A DNA stretch of 64,000 nucleotides from Bigelowiella natans CCMP2755. Taxonomy: Eukaryota > Protista > Cercozoa. Below, in pieces: positions 24,610-38,749 of this stretch. Numbering within the stretch: the first letter of the stretch is position 1; every line of letters begins with the position of its first letter. The stretch is from contig ADNK01000981.1 in assembly GCA_000320545.1 (NCBI GenBank), forward strand, positions 62,001-126,000, in the 5' to 3' direction. The notes under the pieces were generated by a model that was given only the letters and a program-made list of their open reading frames with translations, was not told where the DNA came from and searched no databases. The position numbers and the translations under genes were made by a program.

Positions 24610-26643
24610 TTAGCAACGTTCAAAAATTCTATAGAGCTTCTCCAGCGCAGCAACCTAAGAATCATGGGGAATCGGCCAATTATGACAAACAGGTACGAAG
24701 AAGACGACAACGATGTCACTTAGACAGCAGCAGCAGCACCATGTTGCCTGCCTTGGCAAATATCGTCGTACATTCCATTCGTCATCACTTAATACCTTGA
24801 CGACACAATTCTCCTTCTGAAGAACGTTTGGAGGATGAAAGTCGGTTCGAAAGGCTGGCAATATTGTGTGCTGTATAATCCACTTGAGAGATACATTGTC
24901 TCCTCGTGAAGTGGTAGTGGTAGTAGAGTGGTCTATGTACATCTTGGGTTGAATCTACGACAATGAACGACACAACGCAACACACAACCAACAGTGGGGA
25001 GAATAATGACATATCTGTAGCATGTTATGATCGTACAAATATTATGATCATACTACGGCTATTACTACTACCTTATAAAAAGCTGCCAATTCATCGCAAA
25101 TACCCCTAAAGCACGGTTTTTCTTCATACCAGTTAACATCAAGGCTCAGTTTCAGGAGGAAGCTGGGAAGAGCCCTAAAGACCACCAAGTAATATCAGGA
25201 CTACTACTACTAGTAGTAGTAGTACTACTACTACTACTACTAGTAGTCGTCGTCGAGTGTGCAGGAAGTAGTGCAGCAGTATCATAATAAAGAAAGGAAG
25301 GAAGAGGGTGCACTTAGATATATTAGTGGTTTGGATATTCTTCTTCTTCTTTGGATAATAAACGAGTCACTAACGACGACTACTGCACCTACTACTTCCA
25401 CTACCACCACTACGACTTATCACTACTAGCAGGAAATGAGAAGCAAAATACCAATGTAATTGTAACAACTATATGTTTGTATATCTATCAAAGAATAACA
25501 CAACAACATGCTTTAGACTGATGGGCTGGCTGCTATCTATGTATCTATCTTACACCGAACAACCCACCATCATTAAATGATAGTATATTGATCGCCATTA
25601 TCATCACCACCATCATCACCATCGTATTCATCGTCACAGCAACGTTCAGTTGGTTAATACTTACTTACTAAGTTACTTACGTACCCCATTGGAGGGACAT
25701 AATTCTCAATAATCTCTGGAAGCGATCTCAGCTCTCCATTCCCCGTAATATCGATTGAAAAGTACTCGTTAAGCATTGCACTTTTAGAGAGCAACAGCTT
25801 GGTCAATTTCTCTGCGATGCTATCACATTCCTCACCCATATCCCCACCCCCTTCCTTCTCTAATGCCATCCGCAGTAGCGGTGTAATGGGGGCGGGAGGA
25901 GAGACTGCAAACGATTCCATTGAGGAGAAGTCGATCAATGCTCTCTCATAGAATAAATACTTTGATATATTGGGGATATGAGTGAGATATAGTCCAGTTT
26001 TGTGCTGCAAGAGGGCATATGTGTCATCCACACACCCTACAAACGTGTTGTCCCCTAATATCTGCACCATTCAAATTTTAACACAGTAAGTAACGTGTGT
26101 GTGTTTGTTTTTAATGCGGTGGCAGAGAGCTAGTTCATTCATTTATGTTGTTGTTGCTCTTTTTCCTCTCTTCAACCACAGCATCCACGACAACTAACCT
26201 CTACCCACCCACCTCCTGGATATTTTCATCACACATAGCACTGAATTCAGTCAGCAGCTCTTTTACACTTGTTAGGTTCGATCTTGTAGCAGCAATCTAG
26301 CAATCAATCAATCGATCAATCAAAACACAATAAAAAACAGGGTGGTGGGAGTGGTGGTTGGTATATGAACAGTGAATAAGGAGGTCATCAGCAATTTGAC
26401 ATATATATGATGATAATGATCATAATGATCATAATGGTGATGACAACATTGTTTACATATTCGATTATACTACTAATTCGATTACTTATACTACTACTAC
26501 TACTACTACTACTAAACTGCAGCTACAACTACAACATATAAGCAGGTCGTTGCTACTTCTAATTTTTGCTCCTTAACAAGTTCTCAATTACTAAAGTTCA
26601 GCATGATGATGACGAAAGTATAATTTATGCAACTACTAAATAC

Positions 26644-26675
<32 letters not shown>

Positions 26676-26691
26676 AATGATCCAATCGTTG

Positions 26692-26724
<33 letters not shown>

Positions 26725-27825
26725 TTCTCCTTTTCCTCAGTACGAGTTCGGGATGACGAAAGTATGCATCCAAACGGCCTGTACCATTGAATGATCGATG
26801 ATGATGATGATGATGATGCTGGTGGTGATGATGATGGTGATAATGATGGTGAAGTGACACATATTTATGAATGAATAGCAATACTTTTGCAAGACCAGAT
26901 GAGAGTTTCGAATCATCATCACCATGAAGTTGATCATCAATCATCATCATCATCGTCATCATCAGCACAATTATCATCATCATCATTATAGTCGTTGTCG
27001 TAGTAGTAGTAGTAGTAGTAGTAGTAGTAAATGTTGATTATACACCTATCGGGTTCTTCGAATCAGTGCGAACAAGTTTATGCGGCTCATAAATGCGCTT
27101 CTTTGGTGCGGAGGACAATAATGATGACGAAGATGACGATGATGATGCCGTCGAATTATGTCGTTTCTTAATTTGGTTGCTCCCCTCGTCCTGATTCTGT
27201 TTCTTCCCATTCTCATCATCCTCATCGTTATTATTTCCTGAGGGGTAGGTTAGTAGGTGTTCCACCGCAAGATATCATAACTATGAAAACAATAATATGT
27301 ATTATTCTTGTCTTCTTATATTAGTATTTTTCCCCCTCCTCCTCCTTTTAGTCATAAAGCAGCAGCAGTATGATAAACGCAAGCATCTGAAGCTATGTAC
27401 ATGTAGTATGGTGTATGTGTATTCTCTGTTCTTTTTCTTCTTCTTCATCTTCTTCTTTGAACGCCACGCACTACTTCTACTACTATTACTACTACTACTA
27501 CCTGCTACAGCTACTCCTTTGGTTGTAGTTGAATCGGTGATAAGCGCCTGGGTCAAGAATACTCTAGACGCATTTCCTCTAGGAAGTATGTAAATAATAA
27601 TGAACAACAACATTACCATCAATAGATACTATCTATACCACACTCAAGGAGTATGTGGCTTTGCACAAACACATAAACACGCACAATTAATAATATTCTA
27701 ATACGTTTTATGTGTAGTAGTATTAAATTGATTGATTGATGATACCCAGTGAGAGCTTTCTCGAAGGCAGTCTGAATCTCATCAACTATGTGTTCTTCAT
27801 GGAGAAAGTGAACCTTGTCAACAGA

Positions 27826-27865
<40 letters not shown>

Positions 27866-28138
27866 AAACTATTTACACCACACGTGTCATATAAAGATAT
27901 TTACACATACTCTTTTACTTCCTCCTCCTCCTCCTCCTCCTCCTCCTCCTCCTCATCTGTATCTTGTTCATCCTACGTAATACTACTACTACCTCTCTTT
28001 TCGTCGGATGCACGTTTACATCGACGGACTTAGGCTCAATATTCAGACTTAAGTACACAAATGGGTGCGATTGCGATGGAAGATACTCGCGATAAACCTT
28101 GAAACATGATGATTTACATACATTTAAGTGTGTGTATG

Positions 28139-28182
<44 letters not shown>

Positions 28183-28671
28183 TGTGTGCTAAATGAACGT
28201 GTGCCTCTGCTGTCAGTGTTAAATTATGTTGAATGAGACCGATCATACTTACCCCATCAACCATCTTCTTTATCGTTGGTGAATCCACGAGGCGATTATT
28301 TATAAAAAGTATAAATGTAAGGCTTTTCTTCGTGCTAAAGTTAGCATTTGTTGCCCACGATTCCATCGAGAATGAGAATTCCTGTCAGTAGTCAGTGGTT
28401 TTGTGTTGCTGCTGTTGTCATTATGATGATGATGTAGTGTGTGATGTACTCCCGCATTGTGCTGCCAAAAATAGGAAGGAACACGATGATGGAAATGTGG
28501 TGGTTGTAGATATCCAAACACAAAAAGAAAGACAAGCAAAAAAATAACACATGCATTTTAACAACATACAATACTTTGGATTCAGCCTTAATTTGAATCA
28601 ACTCCTTACTCACATTAGAACCAAATAACTTGCGAATATTCTGCCTGTGTATATTGATTGCATTAGTTCAC

Positions 28672-28707
<36 letters not shown>

Positions 28708-29022
28708 GTACATGTTTGATGATGACAAAGAAGAGAAGAAGACAAATTGACATTTGGGAGGAGAGAGGGGAAGAAAAGAATAAAAAATATCATTGAGTAA
28801 AATATTTAGAATACAGAATTACAAAGAATGTATGTGTATGTGTGCTTATAATATGTATACTACTATATTACATCAATAGATACGACTATATTCTTATTCA
28901 TTCCATGCCTGATAGTTGCGTTTTTGAGAGTATGAACATCCACTGTTCCCTGCTTCTTTATAATGAAACTCACACCTAATATCAACATAATGAATCAGAA
29001 AAATCACGTTAGTTCATATTTA

Positions 29023-29070
<48 letters not shown>

Positions 29071-29520
29071 TAATAAGAGCAAATATACTCCTAATGTTCG
29101 AGAGTGTGTCCTGCTTCTATGATTACAGTTGTGGGGCTGTATGGTGTATGTGGTCGTTGTTCATGTGGTTGACCACACACTTGCTACTACTATTATTCCA
29201 CTTTTATTACCTGAGTAATGGATCGCGTAACGTGTTACAACGTTTACGCACCTAATTATTATTAATATCATTTAATCATACATAACTTCAAACATACATC
29301 AATACATCAGTGGTATACACGTGGTGTATCTCATACATATACATTGTATACACAATTTATTACCTTCTATACTCTTCCGATGAGGAGCGCAAAGCACCAC
29401 GTCTTATGGGTATGTTATAAAACAGATCTTCTGCTAAAATCGTAGTGCCCTTTACCCCTGCAACCGGACGAGGAACTGCCTGCTCGCCTAGAAATAAAAA
29501 GCAGCATCATAATAATAATG

Positions 29521-29552
<32 letters not shown>

Positions 29553-30082
29553 TAATAATAATGATAATGCACAGATATTAAATGATCGATAATACTGAAT
29601 CGGCTGTTTAGAATGCTAAGCAAACCTGGTGCACAGGGTATTAGCTTTCCGTCCGAAAAAGATGCTCTAAACACACACAAACGCGCATTTATACACACAG
29701 CCACACATAAATATATATATATATTTATATTCGCCTGGCAATAGGTGTTTCTGAATATTAATATCACCGATACGCACAAGCTGCTGAAGGTGTCTTCGAT
29801 GTGATAGTAACATGTGCAACGTGGCTGATACTTGCCAGAGCCTTTATTGCAAAACAATAAACCACATATTATCGTTATTCTAAAAAAAAATACACCAATA
29901 CGTAAGATGGCATCCTGTTACCTCTCCTCGAAAACCGAAGGACTTGATGCCGTTCAGATCTTTATACGAACGAATTTTGCTAGTCGTAAACCTTCGTCGA
30001 TATAAATTTCACGATGTTTGTGTAAAGGTAAGGACACTCCCAATGCATGCATGCAGGCACATACATACAACACATCTGCGAC

Positions 30083-30127
<45 letters not shown>

Positions 30128-30539
30128 TGGTTGTGTATATAATATAGCATCATAAATTTCACCTTTCGCAAAGCAGTGGAAAATCCTCGGCCTTTTGTTT
30201 TACGAATGCATCACACCAGTATCAACATCAATCACGTGTTAAACAATGAGGTTCAATTTGATACTAATCTTTATTCGCTTGTGGAAAAATTAGCTGTAAA
30301 TTTTTGTATGGTTCTTCATCACAATCTACCCGAATTCCGCATCCGTTGTCTTGAATCTGCAAAACTTTAAGTCCCCCTTGCTTCAAAAGTATAGAGATTG
30401 ATGTGGCTTTTGCGTCTAGTGAGTTTTCGATTAGTTCTTTAAGTGCATTCGCCGGCCGAATGATAACTTCCCCCGCAGCTATTCGATTGACAGTCGATTT
30501 TTCGAGTCTTCGAATGGTCGGTGTTGCTTCAGAATCCAT
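24610..30539 (-). CDS. MLH1: DNA mismatch repair protein MLH1 (MutL homolog 1)
   Basis: Exon 1 (30539-30330) reads [35 protein letters not shown]...[10 protein letters not shown]. Later exons give [69 protein letters not shown] and [10 protein letters not shown]. The last exon [14 protein letters not shown] has the invariant MLH1 FERC terminus (stop 24612-24610). Confidence 0.97.
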
Positions 30540-30968
30540 GAGTACGATGGAAGCGGCGTGCGAGGTGGGCAGGGAGGCGAAGAGCACGCGTACTGCTTCC
30601 CGCGGTACAATTTCAGACCTAGGATGAAGCAATATATTATGTAACCTATTTCCAAAAGGCCCCAATATAGTGTCTCAATATTGTATAATATTAAGTCGTA
30701 GTATAGAATAGAGGGCTCATTTCTCTTCAATGTCGAATTCTGTAGATACCCGAGAAAATATATGCATAACAAGAAATATTAAATCGCTCCGGTACGGGAG
30801 TCGTCGCACCAGACGAAACCAAAAAGCCAGGTGACGCCTAATTTAGAAAAGCGTCAAGAGGGTGTGTATGACGTCGAATATAAATTAGATGCTTTTTTGT
30901 CTGAAAAAGGTGATTGCAAAGCAAGATCTCGCTCTGCCCCGGCCTTCCCCCCCCTGCCCAAGTCCACC
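30540..30968. promoter_or_regulatory. Putative bidirectional promoter between MLH1 and the QCR10-like gene
   Basis: Divergent start codons are only about 430 bp apart, with an AT-rich core flanked by GC-richer 5' UTR-like segments. Confidence 0.55.
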
Positions 30969-31452
30969 ATGCAACGCTTCACTAATTCCATCGCCAGCAA
31001 GAAATTGATCCAAGCTGCCCCTATTCGCCGCATTACGGGTCATACTGATCCCAGAATGTTTATGAAGTCTCTCCAAGGGGTGAGAAGATAATAGAAGTGA
31101 ATGCTATCAGGAGATACGCCCTATGTTCGTCATTCCCACATTTTTTTTCCTACGTCAGCCTTCTCTTCCCTATATTTCTCTTTAAATTTCTTTCCCGTCT
31201 CCTACTTTCGTTCAAAAACCCTTCTACCCTTTTTAGCAAGCATCAAAGAGCTTGACTCTCCTTAAGTTCGCTCCCTGGGGGCTCCCCGTAGCAATGATTG
31301 GGTCATGGATGGTATATCCTGCTTTAGGAGATGAGGTGAAGAGTGATTATAATCTCATGTGGATAGTCCGAAATAAAACATGTACTTCTGACAAAGCGCG
31401 CAAGCAACTTGTTCACATTATATAAAATTATATTTATATTTATTATGTATGT

Positions 31453-31497
<45 letters not shown>

Positions 31498-31611
31498 GTG
31501 TGTGTTTGTTTGTGTTGGGTTTTCCTTATCTCCTCCCCTTAGAAACGTGCAAATTTTAAATTCCTCGTAAGCTTCGGTCTGATGGGCAAGAATCCGTTCA
31601 CATCAGAATAG
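30969..31611 (+). CDS. 92-aa single-pass, probably mitochondrial protein; candidate cytochrome bc1 subunit QCR10/UQCR11-like
   Basis: Three phase-0 exons (30969-31079, 31237-31335, 31543-31611) give MQRFTNSIASKKLIQAAPIRRITGHTDPRMFMKSLQGQASKSLTLLKFAPWGLPVAMIGSWMVYPALGDEKRANFKFLVSFGLMGKNPFTSE*. It has a ccaccATG start context, a basic amphipathic N-terminus and an APWG..G.W.V.P helix. Confidence 0.65.
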
Positions 31612-31780
31612 AGAGTCGGTAGATGGTGCCGGAAAATTGCGTAGAAGACTGCTTCTACTTACTTTCTACGCCTTCGACGTGATTTCGTTTGTTGTGCTGT
31701 TGAATTTCATAGAATAAGACAAAACAAATCTAATGCAGTAGAATGAGTACTAGAGTAATTTCCTTTCGCATAATGATGGT

Positions 31781-31819
<39 letters not shown>

Positions 31820-31829
31820 TGACAGTTTG

Positions 31830-32520
31830 CCCGCGCGCATGCATTTACATTATGTTTGACATGTAGCTAGCACGTTCTTGGAAACATGCAGATGGCATAG
31901 CCGCTACGGTTACACGGTCTAGCTAGCTAGCGCGGTGTGCGCGCAGGCATCGTGCTCTCCTGCTCTGTAGCAAGTCAGTGTAGCTAACTTTAGAGCTCTA
32001 GAGCTAGCTAGCCAGTGGACACCCATGGAGACATGCATCTCCATCTAATGAAGCCATTGTACCATGCATGCTAGCATAGCATGCAGCATGCAGCATGTCT
32101 AGATGTCGCAGCGCACAGTTCGTGGCATTGCTGTCTAGCTGTCTAGCTGTGCGTCATACACAATCTCGTTCTGTCTGCTCTAGTGCTAGCTGTAGCGCTA
32201 GCTAGCTAGCTAGAGAGCTGCATGTGAAAACATCAAGCTGCTGGATCTAGGGATGTCTGGATGTGGTAGTCTGTCTCGCGGGACCGTCTACAGTGCCATC
32301 GAGCCATTCTAGCTACAGTCCGTGCTAACGGGCTTGTCCATCGAAATTATATGCACACCACATGCATGCCCATAGCACATTCAGTTGTCACACTGTCTAG
32401 CTGTGTTCATAGTCATGGTACTTCAGCGCGTATCACCATGTTGTTCGCTATAAGCCGCTCTCTCGTCTAATGACACACACAGAATCGCATTGGCTGTGCA
32501 AGTGACGTAACGTAACGGTG
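31830..32520. other. CTAG/CATG/TGCA palindrome-rich island 3 (convergent spacer)
   Basis: (CTAG)3 at 31919-31930 and (CTAG)4 at 32198-32213, with repeated GCATGC/AGCT/TCTAGA. Lies between the stop at 31611 (+) and the stop at 32819 (-). Confidence 0.9.
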
Positions 32521-32818
32521 ATCAGAGGGTGAAGATTATACAAGCAACAATTGTATTGCCATGTTTGCACTAGTGGTGAGCTTCTAATGGGTATTGTTGA
32601 ACTCGAATGACCATAACATCTGAAGACAGACTTATCCGATGCGTATCGGCTCTGCTTTTATCATATATGTTCGATGCTCTTCGTAACTACCGTTTTCTGT
32701 TCTCTCGAGCCCTCTACCATCCTCTTCATGTGTAGTTGTCGACCAGTTTGTTATAAACCTGCTGCCACTACTCCCCCCGCCCCCTCTCTCGTTTCACCAA
32801 CCTCAAAGTCAAAGGCAT

Positions 32819-34524
32819 TTATGACTGAGAGAGCTCCTTCATTTTCTTGCTTAACTCCATTACCTATAAATGACGAATAATTCGAAGTATAGCAGATTTG
32901 GAAATCATTCTTTTCGAATCCCATCACAAATACAAATACACATTTTTACACAATTACAAGCGCTATAAGGGTGGGGGGGGGGATAAAAATAAGTGTCATG
33001 TGATTTTGTGGTTTCAGATTCTAAGGCGTACAATGTGCGGGGCGTTTGTGACTTAATTACCCTATTCATGTCCCCCTTTCGTGCGGCAGCCTCGATCTCT
33101 TTTTGTAGGGCCTGATAAAGGCGGAACATTAGTATCAGTTAAATTATTTTCATGGCTACGATATAACTGACAATGATAATGATAATGATGATGATGGTGA
33201 TACACAAACAAATGTGCGTCAGGTCACCAAAAACCAGCGTTTAGCTGTCAAAACAGGATTACTTATGAATTGCGTTAATATTTTGGAATGGAAAGGATCT
33301 TCAATATGTCAACGAGACATTGTCCATGAACAAAGGTGATGTGTTACAGCGATGTGCACATGCAGTGATGATTGTATGTGAATCATCTATCCATCAATAC
33401 CGCCATCTTTTTATCCCGCTCCGCAGCCTTCTTGACTTCCGGAGATGGACCCTATGTTGACAATTGCTTAAGTAAATACAAGTGGACACAAACTATGTTG
33501 TGATTGTGCACAAGTCCACCACAAAACACAAAGAGGAACAGATAGAGGTTGGGGGTTTCTCGCAAAAGTTCCACATACATATCTAGCAAACAAAAAATTC
33601 TTCTACCGTGGAAACCTCGATATGATCACCAAAGTTTGGACAAACTGCGCGTCGATTGCCTCCTGTTCATCAATTTGCATTTTATAAACACGCATCCTAT
33701 ACCCCCTCCTACCACACATGCACATCCTATGTGATTCCATACATCCACTCAGCACACACAAAAACACGGCGCACTTGATAAATACGTGTCAGATCTTGGT
33801 GTTCTTGAGAGAGAGGGTGATTCAGTATTTTATAAGATATTTTGTTATACTCACCAAGGTAGACTTTTGTGCAATTCGTGTACCTGTTAACATGAGGAGG
33901 AACGTCAGAAGTAAAAGATGAGATATTGATTTAACTGAATCAATTGAGTATCAGACATATTTTATATCCCTATCACTATTGCATGTATTTTATACACTTA
34001 ATAGTACTTGACCTCGGAGGGGGCGGAAGATTTCCGCGAAAAGTGAACCGTCCTTCCCACACGCTACAATCTGGCATCTGCGAAGGCGGTACTACCCTGG
34101 CATTTGGGGAACGAGGAGCTTCCACATGCTTCTTATTCGATGGCAACGGTGCTGTCGGTTTTGATGGTGAAGGGCGATTAACATTTCGATTATTTGGGGG
34201 TGGTGGAGCGGGGGGTGACGACTGTGCGAAGGGAGGCGAGATTGGTCTATTCGGCAGCGGCCGCCCCGGGGGGGGAGGGCTTTTTTGGAGACGACGTAAG
34301 GGCCCCTTTGGAATATTAGGAGAAGAAGCGGGGCGATGTGGGGGACGAGGCACTGCTTTGCGTGGAGGTGATAATTTTCCATCCCGCGGAGGAAGCTTTG
34401 GTGGTGGGGCGGGGGGTGTGAGGGCGTGGGTGCCTCTTGCGGGAGATTTATTTCGCCTTGGAAGGCGAGGAGGAATATTGGGTCGATTAGGAGGCAAGCG
34501 TGGGGGGAGGGGCGGCGCGGACAT
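32819..34524 (-). CDS. Proline-rich WIP/verprolin-like protein with WASP-binding motif and short C-terminal helical hairpin
   Basis: Exon 1 (34524-~34012) is polyproline-rich and ends WEGRFTFRGNLPPPPR, spliced to YTNCTKVYL (cf. WIP WESRFYF..DLPPPEPY...KSYP). Further exons give GPSPEVKKAAERDKKMA, ALQKEIEAAARKGDMNR and VMELSKKMKELSQS* (stop 32821-32819). Confidence 0.7.
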
Positions 34525-35479
34525 TACTTAGCTGATGCTAAATGCTTAGTCGTTCTATTTCTTCCAATCGCGCTTCCTTCGCCTCCTCCAAGTCCAAACA
34601 AAAATTTTAGATCGTTGGAAGTTATGAGGGATACGTATGATAGTTGTTCTCTTTATTCGATATTTCCTTCTCCTCTAGCTTTGCGGTTTCTTGGCCAGGG
34701 GTAGGAGGGTGTAATTCGAAAGGTGATGCTCTCGATCGTTCCCTCCTCTCTCTCTAAATGAATCTACAGCAGTAACAACGATTTTTAAGTCACAATCTAT
34801 TTTTTAAGATCTCCATAGCTCTCAACAACACCATTGCTTATTTCCAAATTAGGCCAATACTTCAAGTAATTCACCAGCATTCGACCTAATCTAAATGAAA
34901 TCTGCAGACTATTTTGAGATCCTTCGCCATGCAATCGACAAATGTAGGTGTAAATCTGCATAAACAAACCAGCAACACATTGACTGAGAATTGTCTAATT
35001 TTACATTCTACGACAAGAACAGGAAAAGTCTTTATCGATAAAATATAATTCATTTACGACAACATGCTCGGCCAGAAGGGATCCTGTAAGTCCTTGAGCG
35101 AGCACAAAACTTCGGGAGGCATTGGGATCCCGGAGATTCCACAATAAGTGTGCCGTGTTGTTGCAGCATTATTGCCAGTAGTTAGTTAAATTTTATAGCC
35201 GACAATTACCATCTTATACGACGGCACGTGGCATACTGTCGCAAGTGCGAAATATTCTGTGTTTTTACTAGATTTGAACACGAAAGTGGAGTATTCTACT
35301 GGTAAATCGGCTACTCACACCGGCGACTCGTCGTTCCGATAGCACGCGTGGTGGGGGAGAGATAATACTGGAGATAAGAGGAGAGGGGTGAGGAGTCTCT
35401 CGACCACAACCACGATCACTCGAACACAATGAGCGAGAATACCGGCTAAGAGGGGGAGTTTTCAGAAACAAAAGCTTAG

Positions 35480-35961
35480 ATGCAACTTTTAACAACAACA
35501 ACGACAACAACCTCGATTCTATTCGTCATATCAAGCCTAACGATCGCTTCACCGCATACCCCAATCACGCGTCCAGGGGTCCCTTCTTCACAGTTACAAC
35601 TCACATGCTTTACATTGCCCTTACTCTCAACGATGCCATCGAAAGCAGCGATCCAACTCGTTGGAGCTAGAGGTCATCATCTGTATAACAACTACAAATT
35701 ATTACGGAGTGGAAGTGGAGAAAGAAAGTTAAGACATATATGGAGGCCCCGTAGTAGCACCGCTCTTTATTCTTCTTCTAGTGGTAAAGAAGTAGGTAAG
35801 AAGGGAAGATGTGATAAGGGAGTTGTGTGTAATAAAAACATCGTTGTGCTCGGGGGATCATTTGGTGGATGGACAGCGGCAAGACGGCTATCGGATTATG
35901 CTTATAATTCACAAAAAAGACCATTCAGGTGGAATACAAATGTTTTTTGAAGATGATGCCC

Positions 35962-36000
<39 letters not shown>

Positions 36001-36290
36001 GCACGCACATGCACACATACACACATTGCAGGAATCATAAAGGACAGCAAGTTAAGTTGAATATAACCCTAATCGAGAGAAAGGACTTCTTCGAGTATAC
36101 GCCGTCGATACTAAGGGTAGTTCAAATTATGATAGAAAAATGGCATGCCTGTTAGATATGCATATACATGCTAATATTTATAACGTGTGTACCACCGTAG
36201 GCATTAGTGGGGGTTGACGCTAAGACTGGAAGATCACGTGTACTAAAGGATATCTACGCACGCACGGCAGCAGGCACAAAAGCAACGTAA

Positions 36291-36342
<52 letters not shown>

Positions 36343-37352
36343 TGTGAGTGAAAGTCTATGAAGGATGAAGGAGGATATTAGAAAAACACAAAGCTTCTTA
36401 TGCAATATCTAGTTGACACACTTGTATGCTCCTTGTACTATTTATGGATGGGCTAGGTTCTTACGGGGCGACATCTTCAACTTATCTCCGGATGCGGTGG
36501 AGGTTCGGCCAATAGTCTCCAATGATGGGGTTGCTACAAACAATGGCAGTAGCAGTATCAGCAATGATATCGACGACATTGTGAAGATTCCCTATGACTA
36601 CTGCATAATCGCCACAGGGGTTGGTTATTATTACCCACATCACTCAACAACAGAAAAGAAAGAACGAGTACGACACATGATCCCTTCGTCGTGTTTATAT
36701 TCTCATATCACATACTCTAATAATCTTCACTATCACCTACCATTCTTCTCATTATGTATCAGACTGCATATAAATCGCCCATAAGAGATTCTTCCTCAGA
36801 AGAATGGACACGTTCTCAGAGAGAACGGGTATTATTAACATACAACAATACTTATCGTAATCGTCGTTATCGTCTTCTTCGTTATCATCATCGTTGCCTT
36901 CGTCGTTCTTCACTACAGTGTGATATTGTACAAAAAGATGGTAAACCAATGGGCCTTGAAACTCCAAGAAGCAGATGAAATTGTCATCGTAGGAGGTAGA
37001 AGAAGAAGAAGAAACATGAGCAAAGGGATAATGCTTAACTTAGCTTACCTACTACCTCCTAAACGCCTTCTGGTCCTCATCACCTTCGTCCATATATTAC
37101 TATCAGCATTGGACATTATCCCTAACAATCTGTCGCTGTTGTTGTTGTTGGTTGTTGTTGTTGTTGTTGGTTAAATGTGGAATATTTAACCTCCACTCCG
37201 TAGGGTGGGATTGTGGGTGGTCGAGTTAGCTGCGGATATTATCTACAAATATCCCCAACAAAACAGTGTGTTGCTTTTTCTTCTTCTTCTTCTACTTCTT
37301 CTTTTTCTTCTTTTTCTTCCCTGTTCACATGTATTATTTAGTATCTCTCTCT

Positions 37353-37397
<45 letters not shown>

Positions 37398-37663
37398 TCA
37401 TACTCTTACTCTCTTCTCAGGTGCGGTTGATATCGAAGAGCCATATTCTGCTACCAGAATTGCCGCCCAAGTAGAAATATTATATATATTGTGTATATTG
37501 TGTATGGGGAGGAGGAGTAAGAGAAGAATTAATGCAATAAATAAAATATTTGTATCATATGCAAAGATCCATCATGATCACCATTATAATAGCAATAGTT
37601 GTATCGTAGATATGCTCTCGTCGTATCATTATGGTAGAAATAGTTGTATAGTAGAGATGCTCA

Positions 37664-37695
<32 letters not shown>

Positions 37696-38703
37696 ATCGT
37701 TGTTGTCGTAAGTAGGATATAAATGCCTCTGCCTCTTCCTAATCGCCGTTTGCATATCTACACCCTATTTCCAATGTGATAATCTTTCTAATAAAACTCC
37801 CTGTTTATGTATTATGTTGACTCCGTGATTGTTGTTGTTATTGTTGTTGATGATGATGATCTCAGATGCGGTGAATATGCGGCTAAATGGCTTCAAAGAC
37901 ACGGCGTTCGGTTAGAAATGGACCGGGTTCTATCCAACGAAGAAATTGCTACTATCACTAAAGGAAAAGATGGAGGAGGAGGCACACAAAAGGAAAAGGG
38001 GGGGGAAACGGTGGGATGATGTTGTGAATCAACATGTATTATTACTACTATTATCGTACCAATGAGATTCTTTCTCTTTGCCTTTCACTCGTTTCTCCAC
38101 TTTTTTTAAGATGTAATGAAAAGAACACACACACACACACACACACACACTGTGTTCTGCAGAATATATTGCCCCTCTCCATTGAGGATAAAAAAACGAC
38201 AATGTGATCAAATGCAGGTGAGTCTTCTTCTCACGTGCGTGGGAGGCGAGCCCTCCACCCATATCTTTGATGATAAGTTCCAGAAGCATCAGCGACATGG
38301 TTATAAAACAAAGAAAGGTACTCGCCAGTAAGAACAGAGGAAAACATCACATCACACGTACATGCACACGTCGCCTCTACTTCTTCTTCTTCTTCTTCTT
38401 CTTCTAATGCACATGTTTTAATATCCTCCTCATCCTCCTCCTCCACCTCCTTCTCCACCAAAGCTACTACTGCTGCTGCTACGATCATATCAAAACCATT
38501 ACGAGTTAACAATAAGGTGATAATACGACGACACCATGATACATGAAGATAATACTACTAAATTAAATGTTTTTGGTGCAGTATCATCACCTATTGATAG
38601 TAGTAATAGCAGTAGTAATACATGAGCAGTAGCCGTAGTAGTAGTAGTAGTAATAGTTGTTGTTGTAGGAGAAGTAGGTCTATCATACCATCAAGGAGTG
38701 TGG

Positions 38704-38749
<46 letters not shown>

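Noticed and set aside
33944-34531. Gly-rich plus-strand ORF
   Set aside because: It is the antisense mirror of the polyproline WIP-like exon.
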